From the NCBI GenBank assembly GCA_041674725.1, contig JBAYVC010000009.1, positions 7,396 to 71,395 of the forward strand: 64,000 bases of DNA, read 5' to 3'. The position numbers and the translations under genes were made by a program. Positions 13,010-23,649 of this stretch are shown in pieces. Numbering within the stretch: position 1 is the stretch's first letter; the number at the start of each line of letters is the position of its first letter. The DNA comes from Pseudobdellovibrionaceae bacterium (GTDB lineage Bacteria; Pseudomonadota; Alphaproteobacteria; Micavibrionales; Micavibrionaceae). The notes below the pieces were generated by a model, which was given only the letters and a program-made list of their open reading frames with translations, made no database searches and had not been told where the DNA came from.

Positions 13010-14794
13010 ATGCCCGTTTATAAAGCCCCCTTAGAGAATATGCGCTTTGTGCTTCATGATGTCCTGAATGCTGGACAATTGTCCGAGCTTTCGGGTTATG
13101 AGCAGGCCTCTCCCGATATGATTGATAATATCCTCTCGGAAGCTGCCAAGATTTGCGAGGAAGTTCTCTTTCCGCTCAACCAATCGGGAGATGCCGAAGG
13201 GTGCCATTTTACAGAGGGCGCGGTCACAACGCCCCACGGCTTTAAAGAAGCTTATGAAACCTATACACAAGGCGGGTGGACGGCTTTGTCGGCCGAACCC
13301 GAGTTTGGCGGGATGGGGATGCCACATCTACTTAACTTTGCGGTGATGGAGATGATCTGCGCCGCCAACATGTCCTTCGGCATGTATCCGGGTTTGTCCG
13401 AGGGCGCTTACCGTGCCCTCCTCCATCACGGCGCGCAAAACCTCAAGGAACTTTATCTGCCTAAACTTGTGAGCGGGGAATGGTCAGGCACCATGTGTTT
13501 GACCGAACCACATTGCGGGACTGACCTTGGCCTGATCCGCACCAAAGCCCTGCCGCAAAATGATGGCAGTTATAACATCACCGGCACCAAGATTTTTATC
13601 TCGGCGGGCGAGCATGATCTGACCAGCAATATTATTCACTTGGTTCTTGCCAAACTGCCCGATGCACCGGAAGGGGCCAAAGGGATTTCCCTGTTTGTCG
13701 TACCCAAGTTTCTGGTGGATGACGGCGCGCCGAACCATGTGTCGTGCGGCTCGATCGAACATAAAATGGGGATCAAGGCGTCGGCGACGTGCGTCATGAA
13801 TTTTGAAAATTCAAAAGGCTGGCTGGTGGGCGAGCCGCATAAAGGTCTCAAGGCCATGTTCACCATGATGAATGCAGCGCGCCTTGGGGTTTCCATGCAG
13901 GGTCTTGGCGTTGCCGAGATTGCATGGCAGAACGGCCTTGCTTATGCACGTGAACGCCTCCAGATGCGGGCGCTTGACGGGGTGAAAGCTCCCGATAAAC
14001 CCGCTGACCCTATTATCGTCCACCCCGATGTCCGGCGGATGCTTCTTACCTCCAAAGCCTTTTGTGAAGGAGCGCGGGCTCTCTCCTACTGGATTGGCCT
14101 TCACCTTGATCTGGCGGAAAAACATCCTGATCCGGTCACGCGTCAGAATGCCGATGACCTTGTCGCGCTCCTCACGCCTGTTCTTAAAGCCTATCAAACG
14201 GATATGGGATTTGAGGTTGCCAACCATGCCATTCAAATTCACGGCGGGCATGGCTATATCCGCGAATACGGAGTCGAGCAATATGCGCGGGATGCCCGTA
14301 TCGCGATGATTTATGAAGGCACCAACGGCATTCAGGCCCTTGACCTTGTCGGGCGCAAAATGAGCCAGAATTACGGGCGGCTCTTGCGGCAATTTTTCCA
14401 TCCGGTACTGGACTTTATTGAAACGCATCAGGAAACGGACAGCATGGCGCCTTACGTATTTCCCCTTGCCAAAGCCTTTGCCAAGCTCCAGCAAGCCTGT
14501 ATCCAGATCGCCATGAAGGGCCTTAAAAACCCGAATGAAGCGGGCGCAGCGTCCACCGATTATCTCCGTATGTTTGCCCTCGTGGCTATGGCCTATATGT
14601 GGGCGCGGATGGCCTTAGTCGCACAACAAAAACTGGCCGAAGGCGGTGGAAATAAAGAATTTTACGAGGCAAAACTCAAAACCGCGCGGTTTTATATGGA
14701 GAAAATGCTGCCTGAGCTTGAGAGCCGCTTCCGGATGGTGACAGCGGGTGCCGACACACTCATGGAGATGAATGAAAGCGAGTTTGCGGCATGA
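13010..14794 (+). CDS. Acyl-CoA dehydrogenase (long form with C-terminal extension)
   Basis: A 594-aa ORF with MCLTEPHCGTDLG, the GISLFVVPK loop and YEGTNGIQALDLVGRK, typical of large FadE-type ACADs. Confidence 0.85.
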   Translation: MPVYKAPLENMRFVLHDVLNAGQLSELSGYEQASPDMIDNILSEAAKICEEVLFPLNQSGDAEGCHFTEGAVTTPHGFKEAYETYTQGGWTALSAEPEFGGMGMPHLLNFAVMEMICAANMSFGMYPGLSEGAYRALLHHGAQNLKELYLPKLVSGEWSGTMCLTEPHCGTDLGLIRTKALPQNDGSYNITGTKIFISAGEHDLTSNIIHLVLAKLPDAPEGAKGISLFVVPKFLVDDGAPNHVSCGSIEHKMGIKASATCVMNFENSKGWLVGEPHKGLKAMFTMMNAARLGVSMQGLGVAEIAWQNGLAYARERLQMRALDGVKAPDKPADPIIVHPDVRRMLLTSKAFCEGARALSYWIGLHLDLAEKHPDPVTRQNADDLVALLTPVLKAYQTDMGFEVANHAIQIHGGHGYIREYGVEQYARDARIAMIYEGTNGIQALDLVGRKMSQNYGRLLRQFFHPVLDFIETHQETDSMAPYVFPLAKAFAKLQQACIQIAMKGLKNPNEAGAASTDYLRMFALVAMAYMWARMALVAQQKLAEGGGNKEFYEAKLKTARFYMEKMLPELESRFRMVTAGADTLMEMNESEFAA

Positions 14795-15093
14795 CGTTAG
14801 AAGACATCGTTTCTAAAATCCGTCAAAAGGCCACCTATGACACGGGCTTTCGCGCACGGGTGTTATTTGATTTCGGCGACGAGGGCTGCGTGTTTTTCGA
14901 TGCAACGCAGTCTCCGGCTGAAATCATTACCGAAGAACGCGAAGCCGATGTAACCTTGAGTACATCCCTTGATAATTTCGGCAAAATTCTCGAGGGGCAA
15001 CTTGACCCCAATATGGCGTTTATGATGGGCAAACTCAAAGTACGCGGGTCTATGGGAAAAGCGCTTAAGCTCAATGCTTTTCTTGAGGGGTAA
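14791..15093 (+). CDS. SCP2 sterol-binding domain protein
   Basis: The C-terminus reads NMAFMMGKLKVRGSMGKALKLNAFL. Its start overlaps the stop of the preceding ACAD gene, which suggests an operon. Confidence 0.75.
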   Translation: MTLEDIVSKIRQKATYDTGFRARVLFDFGDEGCVFFDATQSPAEIITEEREADVTLSTSLDNFGKILEGQLDPNMAFMMGKLKVRGSMGKALKLNAFLEG

Positions 15094-15574
15094 CCTCGGC
15101 CTTAGGCGTACTCTTGGATTGTGGGCGGATAGGGAGCCCAGTCTTTTCTAGTTCTTTGTCTATCAGTCCAAAAATTTGCCACGGGGCCGACTGTGTATAA
15201 ACTGTAAATACTTTTGCTGCATCTTGACCTAATTTTGATTGGCAACCTTGTTTTTTAAGTGCTGCTCTAGCTTCATCACCAAGTTTTTTACCAACATCCA
15301 GCATATGAGTTTGCAATTTTTCCTCAGGAACATCAGGATGTACCATCTGCATAATTTCGGCATAGCGTGCAGCAACTGTTTGCATATTTCCCATGAAGTT
15401 GAGGTTCTGACTTTTGAACGTTTTTCCTTCATTGCAAACACTATCATAGGCTATGGCTGCATTGAGAGTCTTAAACATTTTCAACATGACTATTTCTCGT
15501 GGGTCTATAGATTTTGAGCAACAGCACAGCAATCCAGTCACTGCAAAAATCACAACCCATCTTGATGTTTTCAC
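15071..15574 (-). CDS. Hypothetical lipoprotein
   Basis: It has a signal peptide followed by Cys residues (FAVTGLLCCCSK). It lies in an AT-richer stretch. I recognise no family. Confidence 0.5.
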   Translation of the reverse strand: MKTSRWVVIFAVTGLLCCCSKSIDPREIVMLKMFKTLNAAIAYDSVCNEGKTFKSQNLNFMGNMQTVAARYAEIMQMVHPDVPEEKLQTHMLDVGKKLGDEARAALKKQGCQSKLGQDAAKVFTVYTQSAPWQIFGLIDKELEKTGLPIRPQSKSTPKAEVTPQEKH

Positions 15575-15785
15575 GATAATCCCTCATATGCAAAGCTCAA
15601 TAGGCCATGCCCGATGCTGCCACAATGGGTGAATGTGCACAACTGTATTTGAAACATATTACTTTATTCTCGAGGGGTAATGACTTTAGTGGGGCCGTCC
15701 TTTACATATCTTTGTAAGCAGGCCCCTTTTGCGTTTTAGTTCCTTGTGCTATCTCATGTTGAGATAGCTTTTTTGTAGGTACAAC

Positions 15786-17099
15786 TTGGACTTCCTGAGA
15801 TTATTTGTAACCGGACTTTTGCTCTCCTTTATCGGCTGCGGTTTTATCTGCAACCATGCTTTATGCGCAACGTCTGTTCCCCTTACCGTTAACTTGTCCA
15901 AATCGGTGACAGTTGACACAAGCGGCGGAACACCCCGTATTGCGATTAATGTCGGCGGGACAACGCGTTACGCCACTTACACGTCGGGTTCGGGAACAAC
16001 AACGCTCACGTTTACGTACGACATGATTTCGGGGGATGTTGACCTTGATGGTGTTACGCTGATTTCACCCATCGACGCCAATGGCGGGACTCTTCGCGAT
16101 AGCAGCGGCAATGATGCCAATCTCAATTTCACGATTCCCGATACATCGGGTGTCATTATCAACGGCGCAGTACCAAGCGGCTACAGCGCCACCTTTGCCG
16201 ATGACACCGTCACCAACACGAACCGCACAGCTCTTTCCTTTACCATGACCAGTCCCAAACTTAACCGCACGTACAATTATAGCATCACCAGTTCAGGGGG
16301 CGGTGCCCCCCTTACCGGTAGCGGCACGCTGTCGGCGTCACCCCAAACCATCAGCGGGATCAATGTCACGGGCCTGCCGGATGGCATTCTTACACTCTCC
16401 CTCACGTTGACCGACAGTCTGGGGGGCATTGGGACAGCCTCCACCGATACGATTCCGATGGCTGTTTTGGGCGCAAGCCTCGCGGGCCACTGGACGTTTG
16501 ACGCGAATGATATTTCGGGTGTCACAGCGCTCGACCGCTCAGGGAACAGTTACAATGGGACACTCACCAATGGGCCTGTAACGGCCACAGGTATCACGGG
16601 GAATTCACTCGATTTTGACGGGACCGACGACTATGTCCCACTTGCGATCAGCGCAACAATTTCAGCTCCCTACACTATCTCCTTATGGGCCCAAACTGAT
16701 CGGGCGGTGGGTTTGAGCGGCATCGCTGGATCACGTCATGGAGGTGAGCATAGTTTTGATGTCAAATTTAGTGGAGGGACGCTGGTTCACGGCGATATCG
16801 GAAACGGATCAAGCTGGATTGATATTTCTGCCGATGCATCTTTCGCTTATGTAACAGCCACGTGGTACCATCTTGTTTATGTGGTCACCACAACAGGCTA
16901 TAACCTCTATATCAATGGCTCGCTTGCCACCTCCGAAGCTTTTGCGGCCTCAACTCCTTTACTTGTTGATGGCACGCACACACTTCGTATTGGGAATAGT
17001 TCGAGCGGTGAATTACATGATGGGAAAATCGATGATGTGCGCATCTATAACACGTCCCTGACCCCTGCGCAGATTACAACCTTGTACAATACACGCTAA
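15786..17099 (+). CDS. Secreted LamG / concanavalin-A-like lectin domain protein
   Basis: It has a signal peptide. The C-terminal half shows LamG hallmarks (NSLDFDGTDDYV ... WYHLVYV ... LYINGSL ... GKIDDVRIYNTSLTPAQI). Confidence 0.7.
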   Translation: MDFLRLFVTGLLLSFIGCGFICNHALCATSVPLTVNLSKSVTVDTSGGTPRIAINVGGTTRYATYTSGSGTTTLTFTYDMISGDVDLDGVTLISPIDANGGTLRDSSGNDANLNFTIPDTSGVIINGAVPSGYSATFADDTVTNTNRTALSFTMTSPKLNRTYNYSITSSGGGAPLTGSGTLSASPQTISGINVTGLPDGILTLSLTLTDSLGGIGTASTDTIPMAVLGASLAGHWTFDANDISGVTALDRSGNSYNGTLTNGPVTATGITGNSLDFDGTDDYVPLAISATISAPYTISLWAQTDRAVGLSGIAGSRHGGEHSFDVKFSGGTLVHGDIGNGSSWIDISADASFAYVTATWYHLVYVVTTTGYNLYINGSLATSEAFAASTPLLVDGTHTLRIGNSSSGELHDGKIDDVRIYNTSLTPAQITTLYNTR

Positions 17100-17140
17100 G
17101 CCATCTTTCTTTTCTGGGAAATTTCTATAAAGTCTTTTCT

Positions 17141-17698
17141 ATGAATTTACTGCTGCGCGTCCTCTATGTTTTTGTGTCCAGTTTTTTTCGTGCGAAAATA
17201 ACGGATATTTTGGCGCCCGCCCGCGTGACACTCTGCGTGCTGCCCAATGATCTTGATTTCAACATGCATATGAATAACGGGCGGTATTTGACCCATATGG
17301 ATCTGGGACGGCTTGACCTGATTTTGCGCTCGGGGCTTCTTAAAATTATGATCCGGCAAAAAAGCGTGCCCATTTTGGCTTCATGCAAGATGCGTTACCG
17401 CCTCTCGCTTGATCCGTTTCAGACTTATATTCTGCAGACGCAAATTCTGGGCTGGGATGAAAAATGGTTTTATATCGAGCAGCGTTTTCTGATGGGTTCC
17501 GGCCCCCATCAGGGCGAGGTTGCTGCTATCGGCCTTGTCAAAGGGTGCTTTTATGACACGCCGCGTAAAGCCACCGTTCCCAGCGCGGATGTTCTAAGTG
17601 CGATTGGTTACACGGCCCCCAGCCCGACCTTGCCGCCGCATATTCTTGACTGGCAAAAGGCCGAAGAAACCCTTAAAGGAGTGACACGCCATGCCTGA
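17141..17698 (+). CDS. Hotdog-fold acyl-CoA thioesterase family protein
   Basis: It has DLDFNMHMNNGRYLTHMDLGR and is about 185 aa, typical of the thioesterase-like superfamily. Confidence 0.6.
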   Translation: MNLLLRVLYVFVSSFFRAKITDILAPARVTLCVLPNDLDFNMHMNNGRYLTHMDLGRLDLILRSGLLKIMIRQKSVPILASCKMRYRLSLDPFQTYILQTQILGWDEKWFYIEQRFLMGSGPHQGEVAAIGLVKGCFYDTPRKATVPSADVLSAIGYTAPSPTLPPHILDWQKAEETLKGVTRHA

Positions 17699-18530
17699 AA
17701 TTTTTACAACGCCCGCGGAGCTGCGCACCTATGCGGCCCACCTGAAGACGACCGGAAAAACATTGGGGTTTGTCCCTACCATGGGCGCGCTCCATGAGGG
17801 GCATCTTACCTTGGTACGCCGCGCTTTGTCCGTGTGCGACCACTGTATCGTCAGCATCTTTGTCAACCCCAAGCAATTTGCTCCCCACGAAGATTTTGAA
17901 CGTTACCCACGCACCCTCGAAACGGATACGGCGCTTCTGGAAAGCGCCGGTGCCAATGCCATTTTTGCACCCTCAACGGACGTGATGTATCCATCCGGCT
18001 TTCAAACTACAGTGACGGTGGGTGATGTTGCAAAGCCGCTTGAAGGCGAGTTCCGGCCCCATTTTTTTGCGGGGGTTGCCACAGTGGTCACGCGGCTTTT
18101 ATTGCTTGTAGGGGCTGACAAAGCCTTCTTTGGCGAGAAAGATTACCAGCAACTCCAAGTTATCAAAGCCTTGCAGCGTGACCTTGCGCTTCCCACCGAG
18201 ATTATCGGCGTGCCGACAGTGCGCGAGCCAAGCGGCCTTGCTCTTTCATCGCGCAATGCATATCTCACGCCTACTCAAAAAGAACAGGCCCTGCTTTTGA
18301 ACCGGACACTTTTTGCCATGGCGGGGGACGTGCCCACGGGGAAACCCATTGCCCAGATTGAAGAAGATGCGGGGAATGCTCTTCTCGCGGGCGGATTTGA
18401 TAAAGTGGATTATATGAGCGTGCGTGATGCGGATACGCTTCTTGCGCCGACATCTGCCACACAATCCTTGCGCATTCTTGGCGCGGCGTGGATTGGCGGC
18501 ACACGCCTGATTGATAATATTCCTGCTTAA
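17691..18530 (+). CDS. panC: Pantoate-beta-alanine ligase
   Basis: It has GFVPTMGALHEGHLTLVRRA, VSIFVNPKQF and GEKDYQQL. Confidence 0.92.
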   Translation: MPEIFTTPAELRTYAAHLKTTGKTLGFVPTMGALHEGHLTLVRRALSVCDHCIVSIFVNPKQFAPHEDFERYPRTLETDTALLESAGANAIFAPSTDVMYPSGFQTTVTVGDVAKPLEGEFRPHFFAGVATVVTRLLLLVGADKAFFGEKDYQQLQVIKALQRDLALPTEIIGVPTVREPSGLALSSRNAYLTPTQKEQALLLNRTLFAMAGDVPTGKPIAQIEEDAGNALLAGGFDKVDYMSVRDADTLLAPTSATQSLRILGAAWIGGTRLIDNIPA

Positions 18531-19144
18531 TCGAGGCCCTGCAGTTCAAGGATACGTATTTTCATGTCGTCCGCCGTATCTTTGGTTTTAAAGATGGCGA
18601 GCGTTTGGCCGTCAGGTTTCTGGTAATAGATAAAGGACGAATGATCCATCGTATAGCTATCCCCTTCCGGCACTTTCTGGGCATAAACCTTGAATGATTT
18701 TTTGGCGGCATCGACTTGTTCCATGCTGCCAGTCAGTCCGATCATATTTGGTAGAAAAAGCGCAACGTAGTCCTTGAGCACTTCAGGCGTGTCACGTTCG
18801 GGATCGACGGTAATAAAAATCGGCTGGATTTTTGCCTGAAGATCTTTCGGCAGCGCCGTATAGGCACTGGCCACTTTCTGAAGCTCGGTCGGACAAATGG
18901 CCGGACATGACGCAAACCCGAAATAAATCAGGCGGTATTTATCCGCATAAGTTTTTTCGGTAACATCTTTTCCATCTTGATCGACCAGATCAAAATGCTG
19001 CCCAAGCTTCGGAGCATTGATATATTCCGTTACACCACCGTTTTTCTGCTCCAGAAATGATGAGGTGAAGGCGACAAGGCCTGCCAAAGCAAGGCCGATT
19101 AAAATGATAAAAAAGATGCGCGCAGAACGGTTTTGAGCTTTCAT
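18527..19144 (-). CDS. SCO1/SenC family copper chaperone
   Basis: It has an N-terminal TM helix, the CPAICPTEL (CxxxC) motif and a downstream conserved His (MDHSS). Confidence 0.85.
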   Translation of the reverse strand: MKAQNRSARIFFIILIGLALAGLVAFTSSFLEQKNGGVTEYINAPKLGQHFDLVDQDGKDVTEKTYADKYRLIYFGFASCPAICPTELQKVASAYTALPKDLQAKIQPIFITVDPERDTPEVLKDYVALFLPNMIGLTGSMEQVDAAKKSFKVYAQKVPEGDSYTMDHSSFIYYQKPDGQTLAIFKTKDTADDMKIRILELQGLD

Positions 19145-19165
19145 GCGCGCAGCTTAGACAATTTT

Positions 19166-19954
19166 CTAGAGGACGTCCAGCATTTCGGCCACCAGCGGGT
19201 GGCGGACAATATCTTCGGATTTAAGCCGGATCACGGCAATATCAGGCACGCTTTCGAGTCTGTTCGCAATATCAGCAAGGCCCGACATGCCATCCAAAAG
19301 GTCGCTTTGGTCGGGATCACCCGTCACGACCATGGTCGAGTGCCACCCGAGGCGCGAAAGCAACATTTTAAGCTGGGCATAGGTACAGTTCTGCGCCTCA
19401 TCAATCACCACAAAGGCGTTGTTGAGGGTGCGTCCGCGCATAAAACCAACGGGAGCAATCTCGATCGTGCCCTCTTCCAAGAGTTGGCGTACGCGCTTGC
19501 CGCCCAAACGGTCACCGAGTGCGTCATAGAGCGGGCGCAGGTAAGGAGCCATTTTTTCGTGCATATCACCTGGCAAAAACCCAAGGCTTTCGCCAGCTTC
19601 CATCGCAGGGCGCGAAAGAATGATTTTCTCGATCTTGCCTTCTTCTAAAGCTTCAACCGCTGCCGAGATGGCCAGATAAGTTTTACCCGTTCCGGCAGGG
19701 CCCATGGCCATGGTCAAATTATGCGAAGCGATAGCTTCCATCAATTCACGCTGCCCATCAGAGCGCGGTTTGATTTTGCGCATATAAGCCTTATCGCGGT
19801 TATTGTCGATTTCGCTTTCAAGCGGGTGCCAGTCGAGATCGTCAAAGACGGTGTGCACCACATTTCCCTTATTATGAACCTTGGCGCGTGCAATATGATC
19901 TTTGCGAGGCTTGCCTGTTTTGGTCATGTTTTTCGACATGGTGGTTCCTTTCAC
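19166..19954 (-). CDS. phoH: PhoH-family ATPase (YbeZ-like)
   Basis: It has a Walker A motif (GPAGTGKTYLA), FVVIDEAQN and VVTGDPDQSDL. Confidence 0.9.
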   Translation of the reverse strand: MKGTTMSKNMTKTGKPRKDHIARAKVHNKGNVVHTVFDDLDWHPLESEIDNNRDKAYMRKIKPRSDGQRELMEAIASHNLTMAMGPAGTGKTYLAISAAVEALEEGKIEKIILSRPAMEAGESLGFLPGDMHEKMAPYLRPLYDALGDRLGGKRVRQLLEEGTIEIAPVGFMRGRTLNNAFVVIDEAQNCTYAQLKMLLSRLGWHSTMVVTGDPDQSDLLDGMSGLADIANRLESVPDIAVIRLKSEDIVRHPLVAEMLDVL

Positions 19955-20241
19955 GGGAGGTTAAGTCAGAGGATGGGATCCGTATAACAGTGTAAAGCGC
20001 ATCAACACACCACGCGCCACGTAGCGGCGGCGCAGGGCCATTGAACCAAATTTGAGTGTCGAGAGGGAATGCCGGCGAAGCGGAGGATCGCCTGAGGGAG
20101 GAAATATCTTGAGCAGTAAGTCGTGAACCAATATGACCCCGAAGCGGGTAAGAGGGAGATGACTAGACTTGTATTAACCTACATCTGAATCGTATCTGAT
20201 TCGCAGCGCAAAAACTACAAAGTTCTTTGATACTTCCTCGA

Positions 20242-21045
20242 TTATGTTTTTTGAAAGACAAAACCCGCAAAGCGCGGAATGTCACCTGAGCACGGCGTGT
20301 GATTTTTGTAATCACCGAAAGAAACAACACCGCGCGGCACTTCAACCATACTGCGCAATGATAACCCTGCCATCGCAAAGGCATTGAGAATGTCTGCGAC
20401 AGGTTTGTGATGATAAGCGGCTTTCTTGGCAAAGCCTTTTTCGCCATTCATAATTTCAAGCGTGTAGTTATTTGGCGCACGGTCAAAATAACCTTCGTGG
20501 CCCGCAAATTTCCGGTTGGGTTCACCTTTAATCTGCGCCGTCAAATCTTCCGCCAGTGCATTGGCCGGATGGTTGGTGAATACAAGAGCCAATCCCTTGT
20601 CCTTCAGCACATCGCGGATTGCCGAACAATAAGCTTGAAAATGTGGATGCGGAATTTCCTCAACCACAAAGACAGACGTTGCCACATCAAAATCCACACC
20701 GGTGTGCGCGACAGGCAGGGGTTCAGTTGCCTTAGTGTGCACGAACTTAACATTCGGGGTATTCAACCCCTCGCGTGCCGACTCAATGACCGCCTTACCG
20801 GGATCAATTCCAACCAGTTCCGCAAAGGCTGCGGCATGAAAATGGCGGATCAAATTGCCGTTGCCACAGCCAATATCAATCAGGCGCTTGCCCTGCGGAT
20901 TTCCAATATGGCTTGCAATCCATGGAAAAACAAACTGGCCGCGTATGGGCGCATGACGCATATCAAGGCCATATGTTGCGTTCCACGCCTCTACAAATTC
21001 GGGATCGTCCCACGCTGTTAATGCTTGCGGCATCTTGCTCTCCAT
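20242..21045 (-). CDS. Class I SAM-dependent methyltransferase
   Basis: Motif I reads LIDIGCGNGNL. The fold-typical spacing is present. The substrate is unknown. Confidence 0.7.
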   Translation of the reverse strand: MESKMPQALTAWDDPEFVEAWNATYGLDMRHAPIRGQFVFPWIASHIGNPQGKRLIDIGCGNGNLIRHFHAAAFAELVGIDPGKAVIESAREGLNTPNVKFVHTKATEPLPVAHTGVDFDVATSVFVVEEIPHPHFQAYCSAIRDVLKDKGLALVFTNHPANALAEDLTAQIKGEPNRKFAGHEGYFDRAPNNYTLEIMNGEKGFAKKAAYHHKPVADILNAFAMAGLSLRSMVEVPRGVVSFGDYKNHTPCSGDIPRFAGFVFQKT

Positions 21046-21085
21046 CCTATGAAGGGAGCACCTTACAAAACAATTCTACATTATG

Positions 21086-22114
21086 TCAATATTTATGACG
21101 GGAAGCGGCCTTCAGCAAGGCTTGGAGCATTTGTAGCTCGGTCGTGCGGTGGCCCGCATAATGCACCATCGTGAGCTGGGCGTGGGGATGCGCCTGCGCC
21201 ACGTCATAGGCCGTTGTCGGCGGACAAACCACATCAAAGCGCCCCTGAATAAGGTGAAAATCCTTGATACTGCCGAGCGCTTTTTTGGTGGCGTTTGACG
21301 CGTACCATTTTGCGGGCAACGGATGCTCTTTCATAAAGAAAATTTCAAGCGCACCCAGCGCAATCATGTCACGCTGTTCCCGTTTTTTCTCGGCGGCACT
21401 TTGCTTGGGTTTGGTTTCTTTTTGTTTGTCAGGCGATTCAAAATGCACGGCTACGTCTTCAAAACGGCCTTGCGCTTCAGCAATTTTGAGCGCAAATCTT
21501 TTATCTTTGTTCGTGATGGCCTTGTACAAATATCCCAAGCGGTCAAAGCGTTTGACGGAAGATGGAAGCTGCTTTAACAACTCCGCTTCAGCTTCGGGAA
21601 AGAATAATCCCATGCGGTTTATGTACCAGTCAATCTCATCCGGCGTATGCATCCAGATGCCGCCAATGGTCAAAGACAGGGCGGCCTTCGGATAATGCGC
21701 CGCGTAGTAGGCGCCAAGGCAACTGCCCCATGAATAGCCAAACACATGCCATGCGGGAATGCCTAAATATTCCCTGATCTTTTCAAAATCGTCTGCCAGT
21801 TTATCGGGCGTGTTGTGACGCAAAGCCTTTTTTGGATCATCGGCAAAATGCGGCGTGGATAAACCACAGCCGCGTTGATCGACTGCAATGATGCGAAAGA
21901 AAGACGGGTCATGCAGACGTGTATAACGCGATCCTGCTTCAATGCCGCCGCCCGGCCCGCCATGCACCAACAGAACGGCAGGGCCATTTGGATTTCCCAT
22001 CTGCTGGTAATAAAGCGCATGCCCATCGCCCACATCCAGATGCCCTGAGTCATAGGGTTTGGATTTCGGGAACATCAGATCTTCGGCGGTAATGCTGTCT
22101 TTGATGGCGATCAT
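21086..22114 (-). CDS. pip: Proline iminopeptidase (alpha/beta hydrolase)
   Basis: It has LLVHGGPGGG, a nucleophile elbow (GYSWGS) and a length of about 340 aa. Confidence 0.75.
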   Translation of the reverse strand: MIAIKDSITAEDLMFPKSKPYDSGHLDVGDGHALYYQQMGNPNGPAVLLVHGGPGGGIEAGSRYTRLHDPSFFRIIAVDQRGCGLSTPHFADDPKKALRHNTPDKLADDFEKIREYLGIPAWHVFGYSWGSCLGAYYAAHYPKAALSLTIGGIWMHTPDEIDWYINRMGLFFPEAEAELLKQLPSSVKRFDRLGYLYKAITNKDKRFALKIAEAQGRFEDVAVHFESPDKQKETKPKQSAAEKKREQRDMIALGALEIFFMKEHPLPAKWYASNATKKALGSIKDFHLIQGRFDVVCPPTTAYDVAQAHPHAQLTMVHYAGHRTTELQMLQALLKAASRHKY

Positions 22115-22909
22115 TTAGACCGCCACAAGCGCTTTGATCGCCGGATGCGGCACATAATCCAAGAGTTCAAAATCTTCAAATTTGAAATCGAAGATATTGG
22201 TGACATGCGGATTGAGGTGCATCTCGGGAAGCTTTCGTGGCTCACGCGAAAGCTGCAACTCCACCTGCTCCATATGATTGGAATAGATATGCGCATCACC
22301 CAGCGTGTGCACAAAGTCGCCAGCTTTCAGGCCACAGACCTGCGCGACCATCAAGGTCAAAAGTGCGTAGGACGCAATATTGAACGGAACGCCGAGGAAA
22401 ATATCGGCGCTACGTTGATAAAGCTGGCACGAGAGTTTGCCGTCCGCCACATAGAACTGGAAGAAGCAGTGACAGGGCGGGAGCGCCATTTTGCCAATCT
22501 CGCCCACGTTCCATGCCGAGACGATCAAACGGCGGCTGTCGGGGTTGGTTTTGATGTCGTGAATAACATTAGAGAGCTGGTCAATATGACGCCCGTCAGC
22601 CGTCGGCCATGACCGCCACTGATGGCCATAGACGGGGCCGAGATCCCCTTGTGCGTCGGCCCATTCATCCCAGATGGACACGCCATTTTCCTTCAGATAC
22701 CCGATATTGGTATCTCCTTTGATGAACCAGAGCAGTTCATGAATGATCGATTTGGTATGAACTTTTTTGGTTGTGAGAAGCGGAAAACCATCTTCGAGGT
22801 TAAAGCGCATCTGGTGCCCAAAGACCGAGATTGTACCCGTGCCTGTGCGATCTTCTTTGGGAGTGCCGTTCGCCAGTACATGGCGCAGTAAATCCTGATA
22901 TTGTTTCAT
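22115..22909 (-). CDS. thyA: Thymidylate synthase
   Basis: It reads [31 protein letters not shown] ... [13 protein letters not shown] placed the start at the internal ATG at 22909, which gives the canonical 264 aa. The track ORF extends further upstream, to 23026. Confidence 0.93.
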   Translation of the reverse strand: MKQYQDLLRHVLANGTPKEDRTGTGTISVFGHQMRFNLEDGFPLLTTKKVHTKSIIHELLWFIKGDTNIGYLKENGVSIWDEWADAQGDLGPVYGHQWRSWPTADGRHIDQLSNVIHDIKTNPDSRRLIVSAWNVGEIGKMALPPCHCFFQFYVADGKLSCQLYQRSADIFLGVPFNIASYALLTLMVAQVCGLKAGDFVHTLGDAHIYSNHMEQVELQLSREPRKLPEMHLNPHVTNIFDFKFEDFELLDYVPHPAIKALVAV

Positions 22910-23099
22910 GGGGCCCCTCTTTTCGCTTTCAACGTCCATAAGTATAGGGCAAAGGTGCCGGAAAATGTAGCTTTGGCCATTCCTTTTCCACATCTCTTCG
23001 TTTTTAAATTTTGGGGAGATGCGCAAAAAAACCTTGCTTTTTCTATGTGAACACCATTAACATAAGGATATATTTATATATCACTATTGAGGTTCCTTT

Positions 23100-23600
23100 A
23101 TGAGGCTTCCTTTCAAACAAGCGGCTGATGGTGGTTTTTCTGTACCCACGCCCCAATTGACCTTCGTGTCCGACACAGAGGGAACGCTCTCGCTGCGTGG
23201 CCTGAAAATCAATGACCCTCTCCTTGAATTTTTAAGTGATGCCGCCAAAGACGGGCACCGCGTCATTATTACCAGCCGCCGCTTTATCGGTAATAGTGTC
23301 CAGCAAATCCTTGAGCTTACCGCTCTTAGAAACCCTCATGTCGAGCCTTCCTTGTTTGAATATTGCGAAAAAGGCCACCTTGCCGCACTTCTGGGTGAGG
23401 ACGGGGCTGATTACGTGTTTGACGACGATCCGGTTAGTTATGTCGCCCACGGGATTCATGTCCGCACCAACCCCGACACCGGCGAACTTTCCATGCCGCT
23501 GGGCACGCTTCGCTCACTTTCAGGCGTTGCTGAATCGGTCGAGGCGCCAAACATCCCAGAGGCTGATCCCGCCGCAGTCGCAACACAATCCCCACGCTAG
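23100..23600 (+). CDS. Hypothetical protein (166 aa)
   Basis: An ORF with a plausible start after an AT-rich promoter region. I recognise no family. Confidence 0.4.
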   Translation: MRLPFKQAADGGFSVPTPQLTFVSDTEGTLSLRGLKINDPLLEFLSDAAKDGHRVIITSRRFIGNSVQQILELTALRNPHVEPSLFEYCEKGHLAALLGEDGADYVFDDDPVSYVAHGIHVRTNPDTGELSMPLGTLRSLSGVAESVEAPNIPEADPAAVATQSPR

Positions 23601-23649
23601 AGCGCGATTCTCTTTGATTCTCGCACCTGTCTGCCCTATAATCAATTTG

